Shown: one piece after another, positions 17,543 through 27,425 of the stretch
Layout of the letters: the number at the start of each line of letters is the position of its first letter
How positions within the stretch are numbered: position 1 is the first letter of the stretch
Sequence record: MK903282.1
DNA: 64,000 nucleotides
Strand: one strand, 5' to 3'
Source: Escherichia phage Mansfield
Program-made: the position numbers and the translations under genes
The notes under the pieces: generated by a model
The model's database searches: none
What the model was told of the DNA's origin: nothing
The model's input: the letters and a program-made list of their open reading frames with translations, nothing else

Positions 17543-17543
17543 T

Positions 17544-18029
17544 ATGACAAAATCAAAAATGATAGAAAAACAGATAAAGGCGCTTCAATCGATGAAGGGT
17601 CTTACTGTCGAGGCAGGATGGTTTGATTCTACCAGATACCCTTCAGAAACTGGTGGAGAAGGAATGTTGGTGTCAGAAGTCGCGCGGCTTAATGAATTTG
17701 GTCACATAGCCGTTTTGAACTTTGGACAAGGGCCAGTCAGGGTAGAAGTTCCACCCAGACCATTCATGAGATATGCCTATGAATTATTCGTTAGTGAGCG
17801 CAGTGAAATAGAGAATAAAATTGCTAAAAAAATTTTTTCCGGTAAAATAGACGCTAGACAGGCATTAGGTCAAATTGGGCTTGCGATGGAAGCAAAGATT
17901 GTCGAATCAATTAAAAACGGACCTTGGCAAAGAAACGCCAGATACACCGTGCGTGTGAAAGGATTCGACAAACCTTTAATTCACAGCAGCCTTATGTGGC
18001 AATCTGTCAACAGCCAAGTCATTAAATAA
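17544..18029 (+). CDS. tail completion / sheath terminator protein (candidate)
   Basis: ATG 17544 immediately after upstream stop; gene order before sheath-like gene. Confidence 0.35.
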   Translation: MTKSKMIEKQIKALQSMKGLTVEAGWFDSTRYPSETGGEGMLVSEVARLNEFGHIAVLNFGQGPVRVEVPPRPFMRYAYELFVSERSEIENKIAKKIFSGKIDARQALGQIGLAMEAKIVESIKNGPWQRNARYTVRVKGFDKPLIHSSLMWQSVNSQVIK

Positions 18030-18041
18030 GAGGACACCGAC

Positions 18042-19580
18042 GTGATCAGTCAATCTCGTTATATTAAAATTGTATCAGGGGTCGGAGCAGGCGCGGCTGT
18101 TGCAGTTCGCAAACTGTCGCTTCGCGTCATGACTTCTAATACAGTTCTGCCGCCAGGCATTGTAGCAGAATTTTCAACTGCTGATGCCGTTGGATCATAT
18201 TTCGGTTTTTCTTCCGAAGAATACAAGCGCGCAGCACTGTATTTTGGATTCATTAGCAAGCAAATCAACTCGCCTGATTCAATCAGCTTCTCGCGTATTG
18301 TTTCAACTGCGATTCCAGCAATGGTAATCGGTGATACTGAGCCTAAAGTGCTTGCTACGTTTCAAGCATTCACTGGCGCTATCTTAAGCATCACTTACGA
18401 TGGCACAGACTACCTGACTGACGCAATTAACCTTTCAGCGGCGACAAGTCTGGCAAATGTTGCTGAACTTCTGGAAACGGCAATCAATACTAAATTCGCA
18501 GCAGAAGGTGGCACATCGGTGCCTGCACTTGCTGATGCAGAAGTGTATTGGAATGCTAACACTCAGCAGTTCACGCTGGAAGCAGCGCCGTCGACCGCTG
18601 GTGCAGGAAATCTGTCTATCAACGTCACAGGCCAACCGACCGACCCGTCTCAAGCATTGGGTTGGACCACCACTGGAACCGTAACTGTTGCAGGCCAGGG
18701 CGTTTCAAGTCCGGTAGAAGCAATCGCAGCATCTGTGGAAATCTCCAACAACTTTGGCTCATTCCTTTTTGCTGGGGCTGACCGAACTCTGGAAGAAATT
18801 ACCGCTGTGGCAGCGTGGACTCATTCGCAGAATAATATGTACATGTATTTATTCTCGACTTCGTTCGCCAATATCGGGTCATACTACACCGCTCTGAAAG
18901 GGTACTCAGGTGTTGGCATGATGATTCGCGCAACTAACCTTGCCAACGATTACATCGACCAAGCGCCTGCTGAAATCCTCGCGGCAACAAACTATAATAC
19001 TGTAAATGCAACTCAAAACTACATGTATTATCAGTTTGACACTCGCAACGTGACTGTTTCAACTGACTCTCGCGCAGATACTGCTGATCAAAACCGTGCC
19101 AACTACATCGGCGCTACTCAGCAGGCCGGACAAACATTGGCGTTCTTCCAGCGCGGTGTATTGATGGGCGGGTCAACTGCAGCAGTCGATATGAACACTT
19201 ATGCCAACGAGATGTGGCTCAAGTCCGCTATTACATCTCAGCTGTTCAGCATGTTCTTGAATCTGGGTCGCGTCCCTGCTAACGAAGAAGGGAAAGCAAC
19301 TGTACAAGCCATGATTCAGGTTGCTGTGGATAACGCAAAAGTAAACGGCACCATCTCTGTTGGCAAGGCGCTGACTGAGATTCAGAAACAATACATCACG
19401 CAAACTTCCGGTGACAACACTGCTTGGCGGCAGGTTGAAACTATCGGTTACTGGCTGACTGTAGATTTTGATACTGAAACCACTTCCGATGGGCGCACCG
19501 AATACTATGCAACATACACGCTAATCTACTCTAAAGATGATGCTGTGCGTCGCGTTGAAGGTCGTGACGTTCTTATCTAA
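18042..19580 (+). CDS. tail sheath-like major tail protein
   Basis: 512 aa, GTG start with AAGAGGA RBS, biased codon usage, followed by hairpin and a 155-aa tube-like gene. Confidence 0.45.
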   Translation: MISQSRYIKIVSGVGAGAAVAVRKLSLRVMTSNTVLPPGIVAEFSTADAVGSYFGFSSEEYKRAALYFGFISKQINSPDSISFSRIVSTAIPAMVIGDTEPKVLATFQAFTGAILSITYDGTDYLTDAINLSAATSLANVAELLETAINTKFAAEGGTSVPALADAEVYWNANTQQFTLEAAPSTAGAGNLSINVTGQPTDPSQALGWTTTGTVTVAGQGVSSPVEAIAASVEISNNFGSFLFAGADRTLEEITAVAAWTHSQNNMYMYLFSTSFANIGSYYTALKGYSGVGMMIRATNLANDYIDQAPAEILAATNYNTVNATQNYMYYQFDTRNVTVSTDSRADTADQNRANYIGATQQAGQTLAFFQRGVLMGGSTAAVDMNTYANEMWLKSAITSQLFSMFLNLGRVPANEEGKATVQAMIQVAVDNAKVNGTISVGKALTEIQKQYITQTSGDNTAWRQVETIGYWLTVDFDTETTSDGRTEYYATYTLIYSKDDAVRRVEGRDVLI

Positions 19581-19586
19581 ATAATT

Positions 19587-19604
19587 GCCGCCGTAACTGG
19601 CGGC
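19587..19604 (+). terminator. stem-loop between sheath-like and tube-like genes
   Basis: GCCGCC-gtaact-GGCGGC; no strong U-tract, likely attenuator or processing site. Confidence 0.3.
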
Positions 19605-19627
19605 CATCTCTCTGAGAGGAATCTGTA

Positions 19628-20095
19628 ATGATTAACGTTTCCGGTTTTGGCGCTTCGATTCGTTTAGTGGCATCAAACACTTTTCCAAATGGTGTAACTC
19701 TTTCTGATTTCGCAGATGATGCTGATCCGATTGACGCGCCTGATCTTCAAATCTCTGAAGCAGCAATGGGATTGAACGGTGACCTGGTAGTCTGGAACCG
19801 TGCCAACCCTCTTGAAGTAGGCGTCAACATCATCCCTACTTCTGAAAGCGATGTGAACTTAGATGTTCTGGCTGCGGCTAACCGTGTAGGCAAGCGCAAG
19901 AACTCTGCGAAAGATGTGATCACCCTTATTCTGACCTATCCTTCTGGCATGGTCATCACATTGAACAAGGGCACTTTGACGACTGGTTCAGTGATTCCTG
20001 GCATCCAGTCTCAGGGTCGTGTAAAAACACGTCAATATCGCTTTAAGTTTGAGAACGTAGTCAAAACTGGCGTGAGCAACCAAGAGATTTTATAA
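19628..20095 (+). CDS. tail tube-like protein
   Basis: 155 aa following the sheath-like gene; clear paralog of the 21046..21543 product. Confidence 0.45.
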   Translation: MINVSGFGASIRLVASNTFPNGVTLSDFADDADPIDAPDLQISEAAMGLNGDLVVWNRANPLEVGVNIIPTSESDVNLDVLAAANRVGKRKNSAKDVITLILTYPSGMVITLNKGTLTTGSVIPGIQSQGRVKTRQYRFKFENVVKTGVSNQEIL

Positions 20096-20424
20096 TGTAT
20101 CAAATACCACTTGACAGCGTACCTAACCAGAATATCAGCTTTAACGTTGACGGTGCTTATTGGCAGCTGCACATATTCGCCGCAATTGATCACATGTGCG
20201 CAGATGTTTACCGCAATGGCGAACTGTTGATTCAGGGGGTGCGTTGTTTTGGTGGTATACCAATGGTGCCTTATAAATATCTCATGATTGGGTACGGCAA
20301 CTTTATTTTTGACAGCGTACCCGATTATGAGAATTTTAACTCTGGCGGCTGTAATTTATATTACATGTCAGAATCTGAGTTGGCTGAATTCCAGAAGACT
20401 GCTGAAGCGGAGTTTGCAATTTGA
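20095..20424 (+). CDS. hypothetical tail-region protein
   Basis: 109-aa ORF, ATGA-type overlap with upstream gene. Confidence 0.4.
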   Translation: MYQIPLDSVPNQNISFNVDGAYWQLHIFAAIDHMCADVYRNGELLIQGVRCFGGIPMVPYKYLMIGYGNFIFDSVPDYENFNSGGCNLYYMSESELAEFQKTAEAEFAI

Positions 20425-20777
20425 CGACTCTAACGATTGAAGTTGATGATAACAACGACCTGTTTCTGCCTGATGGAAGAAATTTGAATATTCTGTCAGG
20501 AGAGAAGGCTATGGTACAAGTCATCAAGGCGGCGCATCAAATGCGACTTGGTGAAGACTTGTACGATGTTGAAAACGGAGTCGATTATTTAGGAACTGTT
20601 TTCAAATCGCCCGTTGATGAAGACGGTGCGAGAAAGTCGATTGCAGATGCTATTCTGAAGAAAGCAGACGTTGCCGGAATCGACTCATTGACTGTCACCA
20701 TCCAAAACGGTATTCTTGGATTCACCGCTGAAGTGGTGACTATTTATGGCGAACGTATAAAGGTGAGTAATCAATAA
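20421..20777 (+). CDS. hypothetical tail-region protein
   Basis: 118-aa ORF; track start is TTG with GGAG upstream; start uncertain. Confidence 0.35.
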   Translation: MTTLTIEVDDNNDLFLPDGRNLNILSGEKAMVQVIKAAHQMRLGEDLYDVENGVDYLGTVFKSPVDEDGARKSIADAILKKADVAGIDSLTVTIQNGILGFTAEVVTIYGERIKVSNQ

Positions 20778-21043
20778 TGGCACAAGTAATTCATTTTGCT
20801 AATGGCGTCATGAAATTTGGCGAAAAATTTGAAGACGCATCGGAATTATTCAACAAGACTTCAAATCCTGTTGCGGAGAAGAAAGAACAGGTCGAAGAGA
20901 AGACATTAGAGTCGAAAGTTGATTTTGATTCAATGAGCGTCTCTGAATTGAAGGCTTATGCAAAGGAACATGAGATTGACATCAAAGGTCTTTCTTATAA
21001 GGATGAAATTATTGCGGCAGTTAAATCTGCATCTGCGGAGTAA
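20777..21043 (+). CDS. small protein with C-terminal helix-extension-helix (SAP/Rho-N-like) motif
   Basis: 88 aa; MSVSELKAYAKEHEIDIKGLSYKDEIIAAV resembles HeH/SAP DNA-binding motif. Confidence 0.4.
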   Translation: MAQVIHFANGVMKFGEKFEDASELFNKTSNPVAEKKEQVEEKTLESKVDFDSMSVSELKAYAKEHEIDIKGLSYKDEIIAAVKSASAE

Positions 21044-21045
21044 AT

Positions 21046-21543
21046 ATGGTCAATATTAGTGGATTTGGCACAAGCATTAGAATTGTCGCTCTTCAATCTT
21101 TTCCTGTTGGGCTGAATATCAGTTCTTTGTCTGATGACCAGGATTCGCTAATTATTGAGGAAGTTGAATCAGTAGGCTATCAACTTACTTATGACGGCGG
21201 CATTTGTATTTACGACAAGGCCGCCGTCGTTCGCGTATCCATTGCGGTGATCCCAAACACTGAAGACGACATAAACCTAAAGCTTTTGCTTTCCGCTCGT
21301 AAAGGCGGATTCAAGTGGCTTCCTATACAGGATGTCACGTCAATGCTTATTACATATCCTGATGGCGGCAGAGTGGCGTTTTCAAACGGAACCATCATCA
21401 GCGGTCCGCTTGGCGACTCCATTGAGCAATCCGGTCGTCGTAAGACAAACAGATACACATTCGTGTTTGCCAGCTACGGCGGCGCACAGAGCACATCGCA
21501 AATTGCAAAAGGCGTGGTGCAGAGCATATTGGGGTCAATTTAA
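21046..21543 (+). CDS. tail tube paralog (tube initiator or second tube-like protein)
   Basis: 165 aa; N-terminus MVNISGFGTSIRIVALQSFPVGLNISSLSDDQD parallels MINVSGFGASIRLVASNTFPNGVTLSDFADDAD of 19628 product. Confidence 0.45.
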   Translation: MVNISGFGTSIRIVALQSFPVGLNISSLSDDQDSLIIEEVESVGYQLTYDGGICIYDKAAVVRVSIAVIPNTEDDINLKLLLSARKGGFKWLPIQDVTSMLITYPDGGRVAFSNGTIISGPLGDSIEQSGRRKTNRYTFVFASYGGAQSTSQIAKGVVQSILGSI

Positions 21544-22076
21544 TGGCTATCGATTTATTGTCATATAGTCTTTCCAACAGAAGCTTCACAATAAGAAGCT
21601 TCAACCTTGGGGAAGTATCAACGCTTGGTTGGGCAATTGTTAACGTTAAAATAAGACTCCAAGCGAAGATATTCAAGAACCAAAGGGAAGATGGAAGCTA
21701 TATTGTCGATGGCAGAGTCAAAATGCCTAGAATATTGACTGTGACTGTAATAGCACAGACAAAAAGCGCATCCGACGCAATCGCAAAGATGTTGCAGAAC
21801 AGGTCCACGATATACACAATAAATTCTCGTGGGCTAATATTTGAACGTATGGTGCTGCAAAATAACAATTTCAGCCAAGATGCTGACAATATAACTTCAC
21901 AACCCATACAACTGGTATTCCACGAGATATTAACACAGCAGGATGTGTCTATTCAAACAGCGCAAGCAGCCGACTCTACTGTCATTGAGCGCGGCATCGC
22001 TTATATAAAAGAAACTACTGCCAGCGTCACTGGCGTTGCAACAAAGGTGATGAATGGCATCAAGGGGATGTTCTGA
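21543..22076 (+). CDS. hypothetical tail protein
   Basis: 177-aa ORF, overlapping start/stop with neighbours. Confidence 0.4.
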   Translation: MAIDLLSYSLSNRSFTIRSFNLGEVSTLGWAIVNVKIRLQAKIFKNQREDGSYIVDGRVKMPRILTVTVIAQTKSASDAIAKMLQNRSTIYTINSRGLIFERMVLQNNNFSQDADNITSQPIQLVFHEILTQQDVSIQTAQAADSTVIERGIAYIKETTASVTGVATKVMNGIKGMF

Positions 22077-22636
22077 TGGACTTTGTTTCGATTCTGCTTT
22101 CTGGTCAATCTCTGACCATAACGAATGAGTCGACAGGGCTTCCTGTCTGGACAAGGCTTTCTCCAGTGTCTGCAGAAATAACATCACCAGCAGAAACTAC
22201 TCAATTTCCACTTGCTGGAACGGCAATGCAGGTGGTGGAAGTATCAAGCACATCCTCAGTAAGCAATTTACAGGCGGCAAAAGTTATTATGCCAGCGCAC
22301 ATGGCGCTAAACGTAATTTGCAATGACCAATCGACTATTGAAAACATAATTAATGCATTCGAAAATGATGAATTTACATTTTCAATAACTTCTCGAAGCA
22401 TAATTGCAAGCAAAATGTCGATGTCTGATGTTGAAATAACTCAGTCAGAAGAAAACCTGAATGGAGTATCAATTGTAATAACATTTGAACAGACGTCATT
22501 TAGTATTCAAGGAAGCTTTGATCCTAAACAGTCCGCAGATGAATCGTCAAATGGCGTGGCTATTAAAGAGCCAGTCAGTTTGACTACAACTGTGAGTTCG
22601 TTATATAATAAAATAAAATCAACAGTAGGAATATAA
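22076..22636 (+). CDS. hypothetical tail protein
   Basis: 186-aa ORF. Confidence 0.4.
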   Translation: MDFVSILLSGQSLTITNESTGLPVWTRLSPVSAEITSPAETTQFPLAGTAMQVVEVSSTSSVSNLQAAKVIMPAHMALNVICNDQSTIENIINAFENDEFTFSITSRSIIASKMSMSDVEITQSEENLNGVSIVITFEQTSFSIQGSFDPKQSADESSNGVAIKEPVSLTTTVSSLYNKIKSTVGI

Positions 22637-22637
22637 A

Positions 22638-23054
22638 ATGAAGATCACCAATAAACAAACTGGTCGTAAAGTAGAAATTAAAATCAGCAAAATGACTGCG
22701 ATGGAAGGTTGGAACATACAACGCCGATTTATCGAATTTGCGATGTCAAAAGACCCTGCCTTTCGTTCAGAATACACAATGGAAGTATTAAACTTTGCAA
22801 AGGTTGAACTTGATGTCGGGCAAGAAATTCCTCTGAGTACTGGCGCACTTATTGACAACCATCTTGGCGACTGGGAAAACTTGAAATTGGTTTTCGAAGC
22901 AGTGTTGATGGAAAACGGAATCAACCCAGAGACTCACGCTGAACGTGAAGGATACTGGGAACAAGCTGGCGGCGAAATGGCTGCAGCGTTTATTGGCGAA
23001 TCGATGCGATTAATCGCGCCATTCCTCAGCGGCGAGACTCCAAACAAGGGGTAA
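22638..23054 (+). CDS. tail assembly chaperone (candidate)
   Basis: 138-aa ORF immediately upstream of tape measure gene. Confidence 0.35.
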   Translation: MKITNKQTGRKVEIKISKMTAMEGWNIQRRFIEFAMSKDPAFRSEYTMEVLNFAKVELDVGQEIPLSTGALIDNHLGDWENLKLVFEAVLMENGINPETHAEREGYWEQAGGEMAAAFIGESMRLIAPFLSGETPNKG

Positions 23055-23057
23055 ACT

Positions 23058-25238
23058 GTGTCTGACTCATTAGAAAAATTTGTTCTTCAATATACGGTGG
23101 ACTTGAAAGAGTCCATCAATCGTCTTGAGCAATTGCAAGATAAGGTTGATCAGACAAACAAAAAGGCAAAGGCTGCTGGTAAAGACTTCACCGGAGCATT
23201 CAAAGATGTGTTTGGTGAGCTGAAGCCTCTCACAGCTGAACTGGGGTCTATTGACGGAATCCTTGCGCGGCTTACTTATCGCTTTGCCGCGCTTGTGCCT
23301 GTTGTCGCAGGATTGGCCGTCGTCGTCAAATCCATTGTTGATGTTCGAAAAGAATATGAAGCGCAAAGGAAGCTGGGATTTGAAGCAGGTCTTTCACCAA
23401 TTGGCGTGGAGCAGCTACAGCGACAATTGAATGAAAGTTCAGGTGGCATTCTTGGTGCGCAGGGGTCAAGGGATTTGATCAGCAAAGCTTCTAATCTCGC
23501 ATTCAACGCATACACCAACCCAGATGTGATGAACAAGGACAACTTGTTACTGAACAAGATGGGCACTAGTCCTTTCAACAGTAACGGCGGCATCAAAGAC
23601 ACAAACCAGCTTCTTGATGAAATTGGCACAAAGCTGAGAAGTGTGAATGAGCAAACCGCTCGTGCTATTGGTGCTCTGGCAGGTTTTACCGCCGATGAAG
23701 TCCGTGCGCTTCGTGAGCGAAATCAATCAGTCAAAGAAAGTACCCGTATAAGCGACGAAGAAACCGCAAAGCTGCAAAGACAGCAGGCCGCGCTTGAAAC
23801 GATACGAAACAGCATGGGCCAAATTCAAGAAGACTGGCGACGCATTGAACTGGTAATCGGTGAGAACGTGATGCCTGCATTCTCGACGCTTGTCAGCAAA
23901 ACCGCCGATACAGTCGAAGGATTCCAGATGATGTTTCAAAGGATGTCTGATGGATGGTCCGAATTTGTCGACAATTTCATTGCTGACTTGAAACACCCGT
24001 TTGATAAACAGGCGGCTGTTAACGAGCGTCACGAGCGTGCCGTTGATAGATGGATCACTCAGATGGCTGACGGCGATGTGAAACGCCAGAGGAATCAGGA
24101 GCAAAACGCGGCTGAACAACGTTCTGCGCAAGCACTTTTCACTCGCGACATCAACCTGTTTTCAAGCGCCGTATCAACCTTTGCTGGTGTCATTGATGAG
24201 CGACAAGCGTGGGCTGCATGGGCTGGTGAAATAGGACGAAGTGCAGGCCAATCCGCCATGCCTGGAACACCAGCACTAAGCACTGGTGCGACCGTAGGCA
24301 ATAACTTGGGGTCAGGCAATCCGACTGCATATGACTCAATCTATGAGGAAGCCTCCAAACGTTATGGAATCCCTGTTGCGATGATGAAGGCCGTCACAGA
24401 AGTCGAATCTGGATTCAACCCCAACGCCGTAAGCGGAGCAGGCGCGACCGGACTGATGCAAATAATGCCTTCCAACTTCAAGGGTCTTGGCATCACAGAC
24501 GGCAACGACCCAAGACAAAACATTATGGGCGGCGCTCAACTTCTCAAGGAATATTTAACTGCTGCCAATGGCGATTGGAATCTTGCTCTGACGATGTATC
24601 ACGGCGGATACGACCGCAGCGGATGGGGTAAGAACACCCGTGCATATCCTGGCAAGGTCATGGCTGCTCTCGACCGACAGGCGAATGGAGAATACGCCAC
24701 AGGAGCGCCGCAAGGTGCACCAGTGACTCCCGTCCTTAGCGGTAGCGGAGCAGAAGCGCCGAAAGGAAGCTATGCACCAGTACAAGGCCAATCCCGCCAA
24801 ACGGTGCAATACAGACAGTTGCAAGAAGCCATCGCGGGATACTTAAACGTGCCAGTTGAGCAGTTGATGCAAGGGCAAGTTAACAAAGGTGATATTGACT
24901 TTGCTCAAACTTACCTTAAACTTGGAACGCAAAGGGATTATATTAAAAACATGCAGCTGGCTTCAACTCCAGGTGTAAGACCGAACATTCAGGCTGAAGC
25001 GATGAAGAATGCTCGTCTTGCGGCATTCCAGCTTGAGGCATTCCAGAAATACGGCGGCGACCTTTCCGCGAATAGTCGACCTGGTGGGCGTGATATCACT
25101 ATGGGTCAGAAAAACGTTGTCATCAACGTCAACGGCGCTCAAGACCCACGCAGCACGGCATTCGAAACAAAACGAGTGCTTGAACAAGATGATATCAACG
25201 ACATAAACAACCTTACTGCTACACCTTTGAAGTGGTGA
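23058..25238 (+). CDS. tail tape measure protein with lytic transglycosylase (SLT) domain
   Basis: 726 aa; N-terminal coiled coil and hydrophobic segment; SLT motif AVTEVESGFNPNAVSGAGATGLMQIMPSNF; GTG start with RBS. Confidence 0.7.
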   Translation: MSDSLEKFVLQYTVDLKESINRLEQLQDKVDQTNKKAKAAGKDFTGAFKDVFGELKPLTAELGSIDGILARLTYRFAALVPVVAGLAVVVKSIVDVRKEYEAQRKLGFEAGLSPIGVEQLQRQLNESSGGILGAQGSRDLISKASNLAFNAYTNPDVMNKDNLLLNKMGTSPFNSNGGIKDTNQLLDEIGTKLRSVNEQTARAIGALAGFTADEVRALRERNQSVKESTRISDEETAKLQRQQAALETIRNSMGQIQEDWRRIELVIGENVMPAFSTLVSKTADTVEGFQMMFQRMSDGWSEFVDNFIADLKHPFDKQAAVNERHERAVDRWITQMADGDVKRQRNQEQNAAEQRSAQALFTRDINLFSSAVSTFAGVIDERQAWAAWAGEIGRSAGQSAMPGTPALSTGATVGNNLGSGNPTAYDSIYEEASKRYGIPVAMMKAVTEVESGFNPNAVSGAGATGLMQIMPSNFKGLGITDGNDPRQNIMGGAQLLKEYLTAANGDWNLALTMYHGGYDRSGWGKNTRAYPGKVMAALDRQANGEYATGAPQGAPVTPVLSGSGAEAPKGSYAPVQGQSRQTVQYRQLQEAIAGYLNVPVEQLMQGQVNKGDIDFAQTYLKLGTQRDYIKNMQLASTPGVRPNIQAEAMKNARLAAFQLEAFQKYGGDLSANSRPGGRDITMGQKNVVINVNGAQDPRSTAFETKRVLEQDDINDINNLTATPLKW

Positions 25239-25242
25239 TAAT

Positions 25243-26115
25243 TTGAAAAAGAGAATCCTTAAAGTCACCTTATCTATGCCGGATGGCACAAGCCAAGTGC
25301 TTGATGAAGGATTGATGCTTAGATGCCGAATCAAAAAGGCAGCACTTTCCGTTCAGAATAAGGCCACGATTGAAGTTGCAGGATTGACAGGTTACTTGAG
25401 AGAGTACCTGCTTTCTAACTTCACGGCATTCAACAAACGTCTGCGCGACCAAGGCCAGCTGGCGGCGAACTACGTCAACGTGACTATTGAAGCTGGATAC
25501 AGAGAGGGGAGCGTAATCAGCAGCAACTTGGTATACAAGGGGCAGGTGACGACGGTGGAGATAACAGCGCCGCCGCCGAATATTGTCATCAGAATTACTT
25601 GCTACACTAACCAAATAAACAGAACGAAGTTCATCACTCAAGCTGCGCCATCCAACCCGACTTTCAAAGAGTTCGTGGAATGGTCTGCAAAGCAAATGGA
25701 CATCGATACTGTTATTTGTGATACGTCGATTAACAATCAGCGCCTTGTGAATCCAGGAAGAACGACATATGTTGCTGCTGCGCTGCTGCTTGAGATCCAG
25801 AACTATCAACGCAACTCCATCGCGGCATACATTGATGACGATACGTTAATTGTTAAGGATAAAGACAAAATTCTAAATCCAGACCAGATTACAATCATTG
25901 AGGAATTTGTCGGAATACCGATGTGGAACGAGTGGGGTGCAGACTTCACTTGTATGTATAACGCAGATTTGAAGCTTGCACAAGGTGTTAAATTCAAATC
26001 AGTCTTAAACCCAAGCTTGAACGACACCACATTTGTCATCATGCAACTTGAATATGATTTAGCGAGTCGTGATGATATATTTACGGTGACGGGCGGCGTT
26101 GCACCATCGGCATAA
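25243..26115 (+). CDS. baseplate/tail hub protein (candidate)
   Basis: 290 aa directly after tape measure; TTG start with GGTGA RBS. Confidence 0.4.
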   Translation: MKKRILKVTLSMPDGTSQVLDEGLMLRCRIKKAALSVQNKATIEVAGLTGYLREYLLSNFTAFNKRLRDQGQLAANYVNVTIEAGYREGSVISSNLVYKGQVTTVEITAPPPNIVIRITCYTNQINRTKFITQAAPSNPTFKEFVEWSAKQMDIDTVICDTSINNQRLVNPGRTTYVAAALLLEIQNYQRNSIAAYIDDDTLIVKDKDKILNPDQITIIEEFVGIPMWNEWGADFTCMYNADLKLAQGVKFKSVLNPSLNDTTFVIMQLEYDLASRDDIFTVTGGVAPSA

Positions 26116-26117
26116 AT

Positions 26118-26639
26118 ATGAGAAAGAATAAAATAATCGACTTGTTTGGCGTAACTTATGAAATTCATCAATTCAGCGCAATAGATGCATTTGAAATGGT
26201 TGATGACATAAGTATATTAACTCCACTTGAATTATTGAGTGAATGTTATGTAATCAAGTATGACGGGTCCAAAGTAAGGCTTAACTCTGAAAAAGTAATT
26301 AGTGAGGAAGTGAAAAGTATTCCTAATCACTTGCCGCCTAATCTCGTGTTGAAAGTATTGATGGAAGCCGTTAAAAAGCACAACTTTGGATTCCTTAGCG
26401 ATTGGAAAAGCACCAAAATTCCAAATAGATTCTTGGCTGATGCACCGACAGTAGAGCCTAATTATCTTGAGCCAATGGTTGCAAGCCTAATAAATAACGG
26501 CCTTGCATCTTTAAAGGAGTTGGAAGAATACTATTCACTGCGTGATGCATTCGCTATGTTTGATGGACTAATAGCAAAATCACTTAATGAAGCATACTCA
26601 AACGAAGCTGCCATTAAAGAATCAAAGTCAAATCGCTAA
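26118..26639 (+). CDS. hypothetical baseplate-region protein
   Basis: 173-aa ORF. Confidence 0.4.
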   Translation: MRKNKIIDLFGVTYEIHQFSAIDAFEMVDDISILTPLELLSECYVIKYDGSKVRLNSEKVISEEVKSIPNHLPPNLVLKVLMEAVKKHNFGFLSDWKSTKIPNRFLADAPTVEPNYLEPMVASLINNGLASLKELEEYYSLRDAFAMFDGLIAKSLNEAYSNEAAIKESKSNR

Positions 26640-26696
26640 AATATTGCTTATAGACTCCTTATAGATTATAATTTGTTGATCAGATATAAGGAGTCT

Positions 26697-27425
26697 ATGA
26701 TGGCAGAAAAGTTAACACAACTTACAAGCCCCAACCAAACTGACAAATCAAGTATGTTTGCCGCGCTGCAGGGAATGCTGGACCGTGGCAAGTATACCAC
26801 TGACGGTATGATTCCTGCGCAAGTAATATCTTATGACCGCAAGAAAAATTTAGCAGTCATAAAACCTGTTATTCATTTCGTAAGTCTTGATGATAAGCCA
26901 GTGGAGCGTCAACCTTTGGTGTCAATTCCTGTATTGGCAATCGGCGGCGGCGGCTTCGTGATCAACTTTCCTTTGAAAGAAGGTGATTTGGGTTGGATAT
27001 TCGCTGGCGACCGCGAGTTGTCGACATTCCTTGAAGAATTGAAGCCGACCGCGCCCACCAATGGCCGTGTAAAAACTTTCGCTGATGGACTGTTCATACC
27101 GGATGTATTCCGAAAATACACCATAAGCGGAGAGGATGCAGGGTCAATGGTAATCCAGTCCCTCAGTGGCGCTGTGAGAATTGCACTAAGTGATGACTCA
27201 ATAAACATTACTGCATCTGCTGGAGTAAACATCAAGACCCCGATAACCACTATCGATCAACAATTGATAGTGAATGGAAAGGCAACATTCAATGGCGGGA
27301 TAGAAGGCAAAGAAGGAACGACGGCAACGCTTCCGACTGGCACAACGGTCGGCGGCATTGATGTATCCACTCACGGGCATATCGGCAACGGGCCTGGAAA
27401 CAGAACTGGGAATATGATAGAATGA
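26697..27425 (+). CDS. baseplate central spike (gpV/gp45-like) protein
   Basis: ATG 26697 with AAGGAG RBS; OB-fold-like N-terminal region, Gly-rich segment, C-terminal GIDVSTHGHIG. Confidence 0.45.
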   Translation: MMAEKLTQLTSPNQTDKSSMFAALQGMLDRGKYTTDGMIPAQVISYDRKKNLAVIKPVIHFVSLDDKPVERQPLVSIPVLAIGGGGFVINFPLKEGDLGWIFAGDRELSTFLEELKPTAPTNGRVKTFADGLFIPDVFRKYTISGEDAGSMVIQSLSGAVRIALSDDSINITASAGVNIKTPITTIDQQLIVNGKATFNGGIEGKEGTTATLPTGTTVGGIDVSTHGHIGNGPGNRTGNMIE

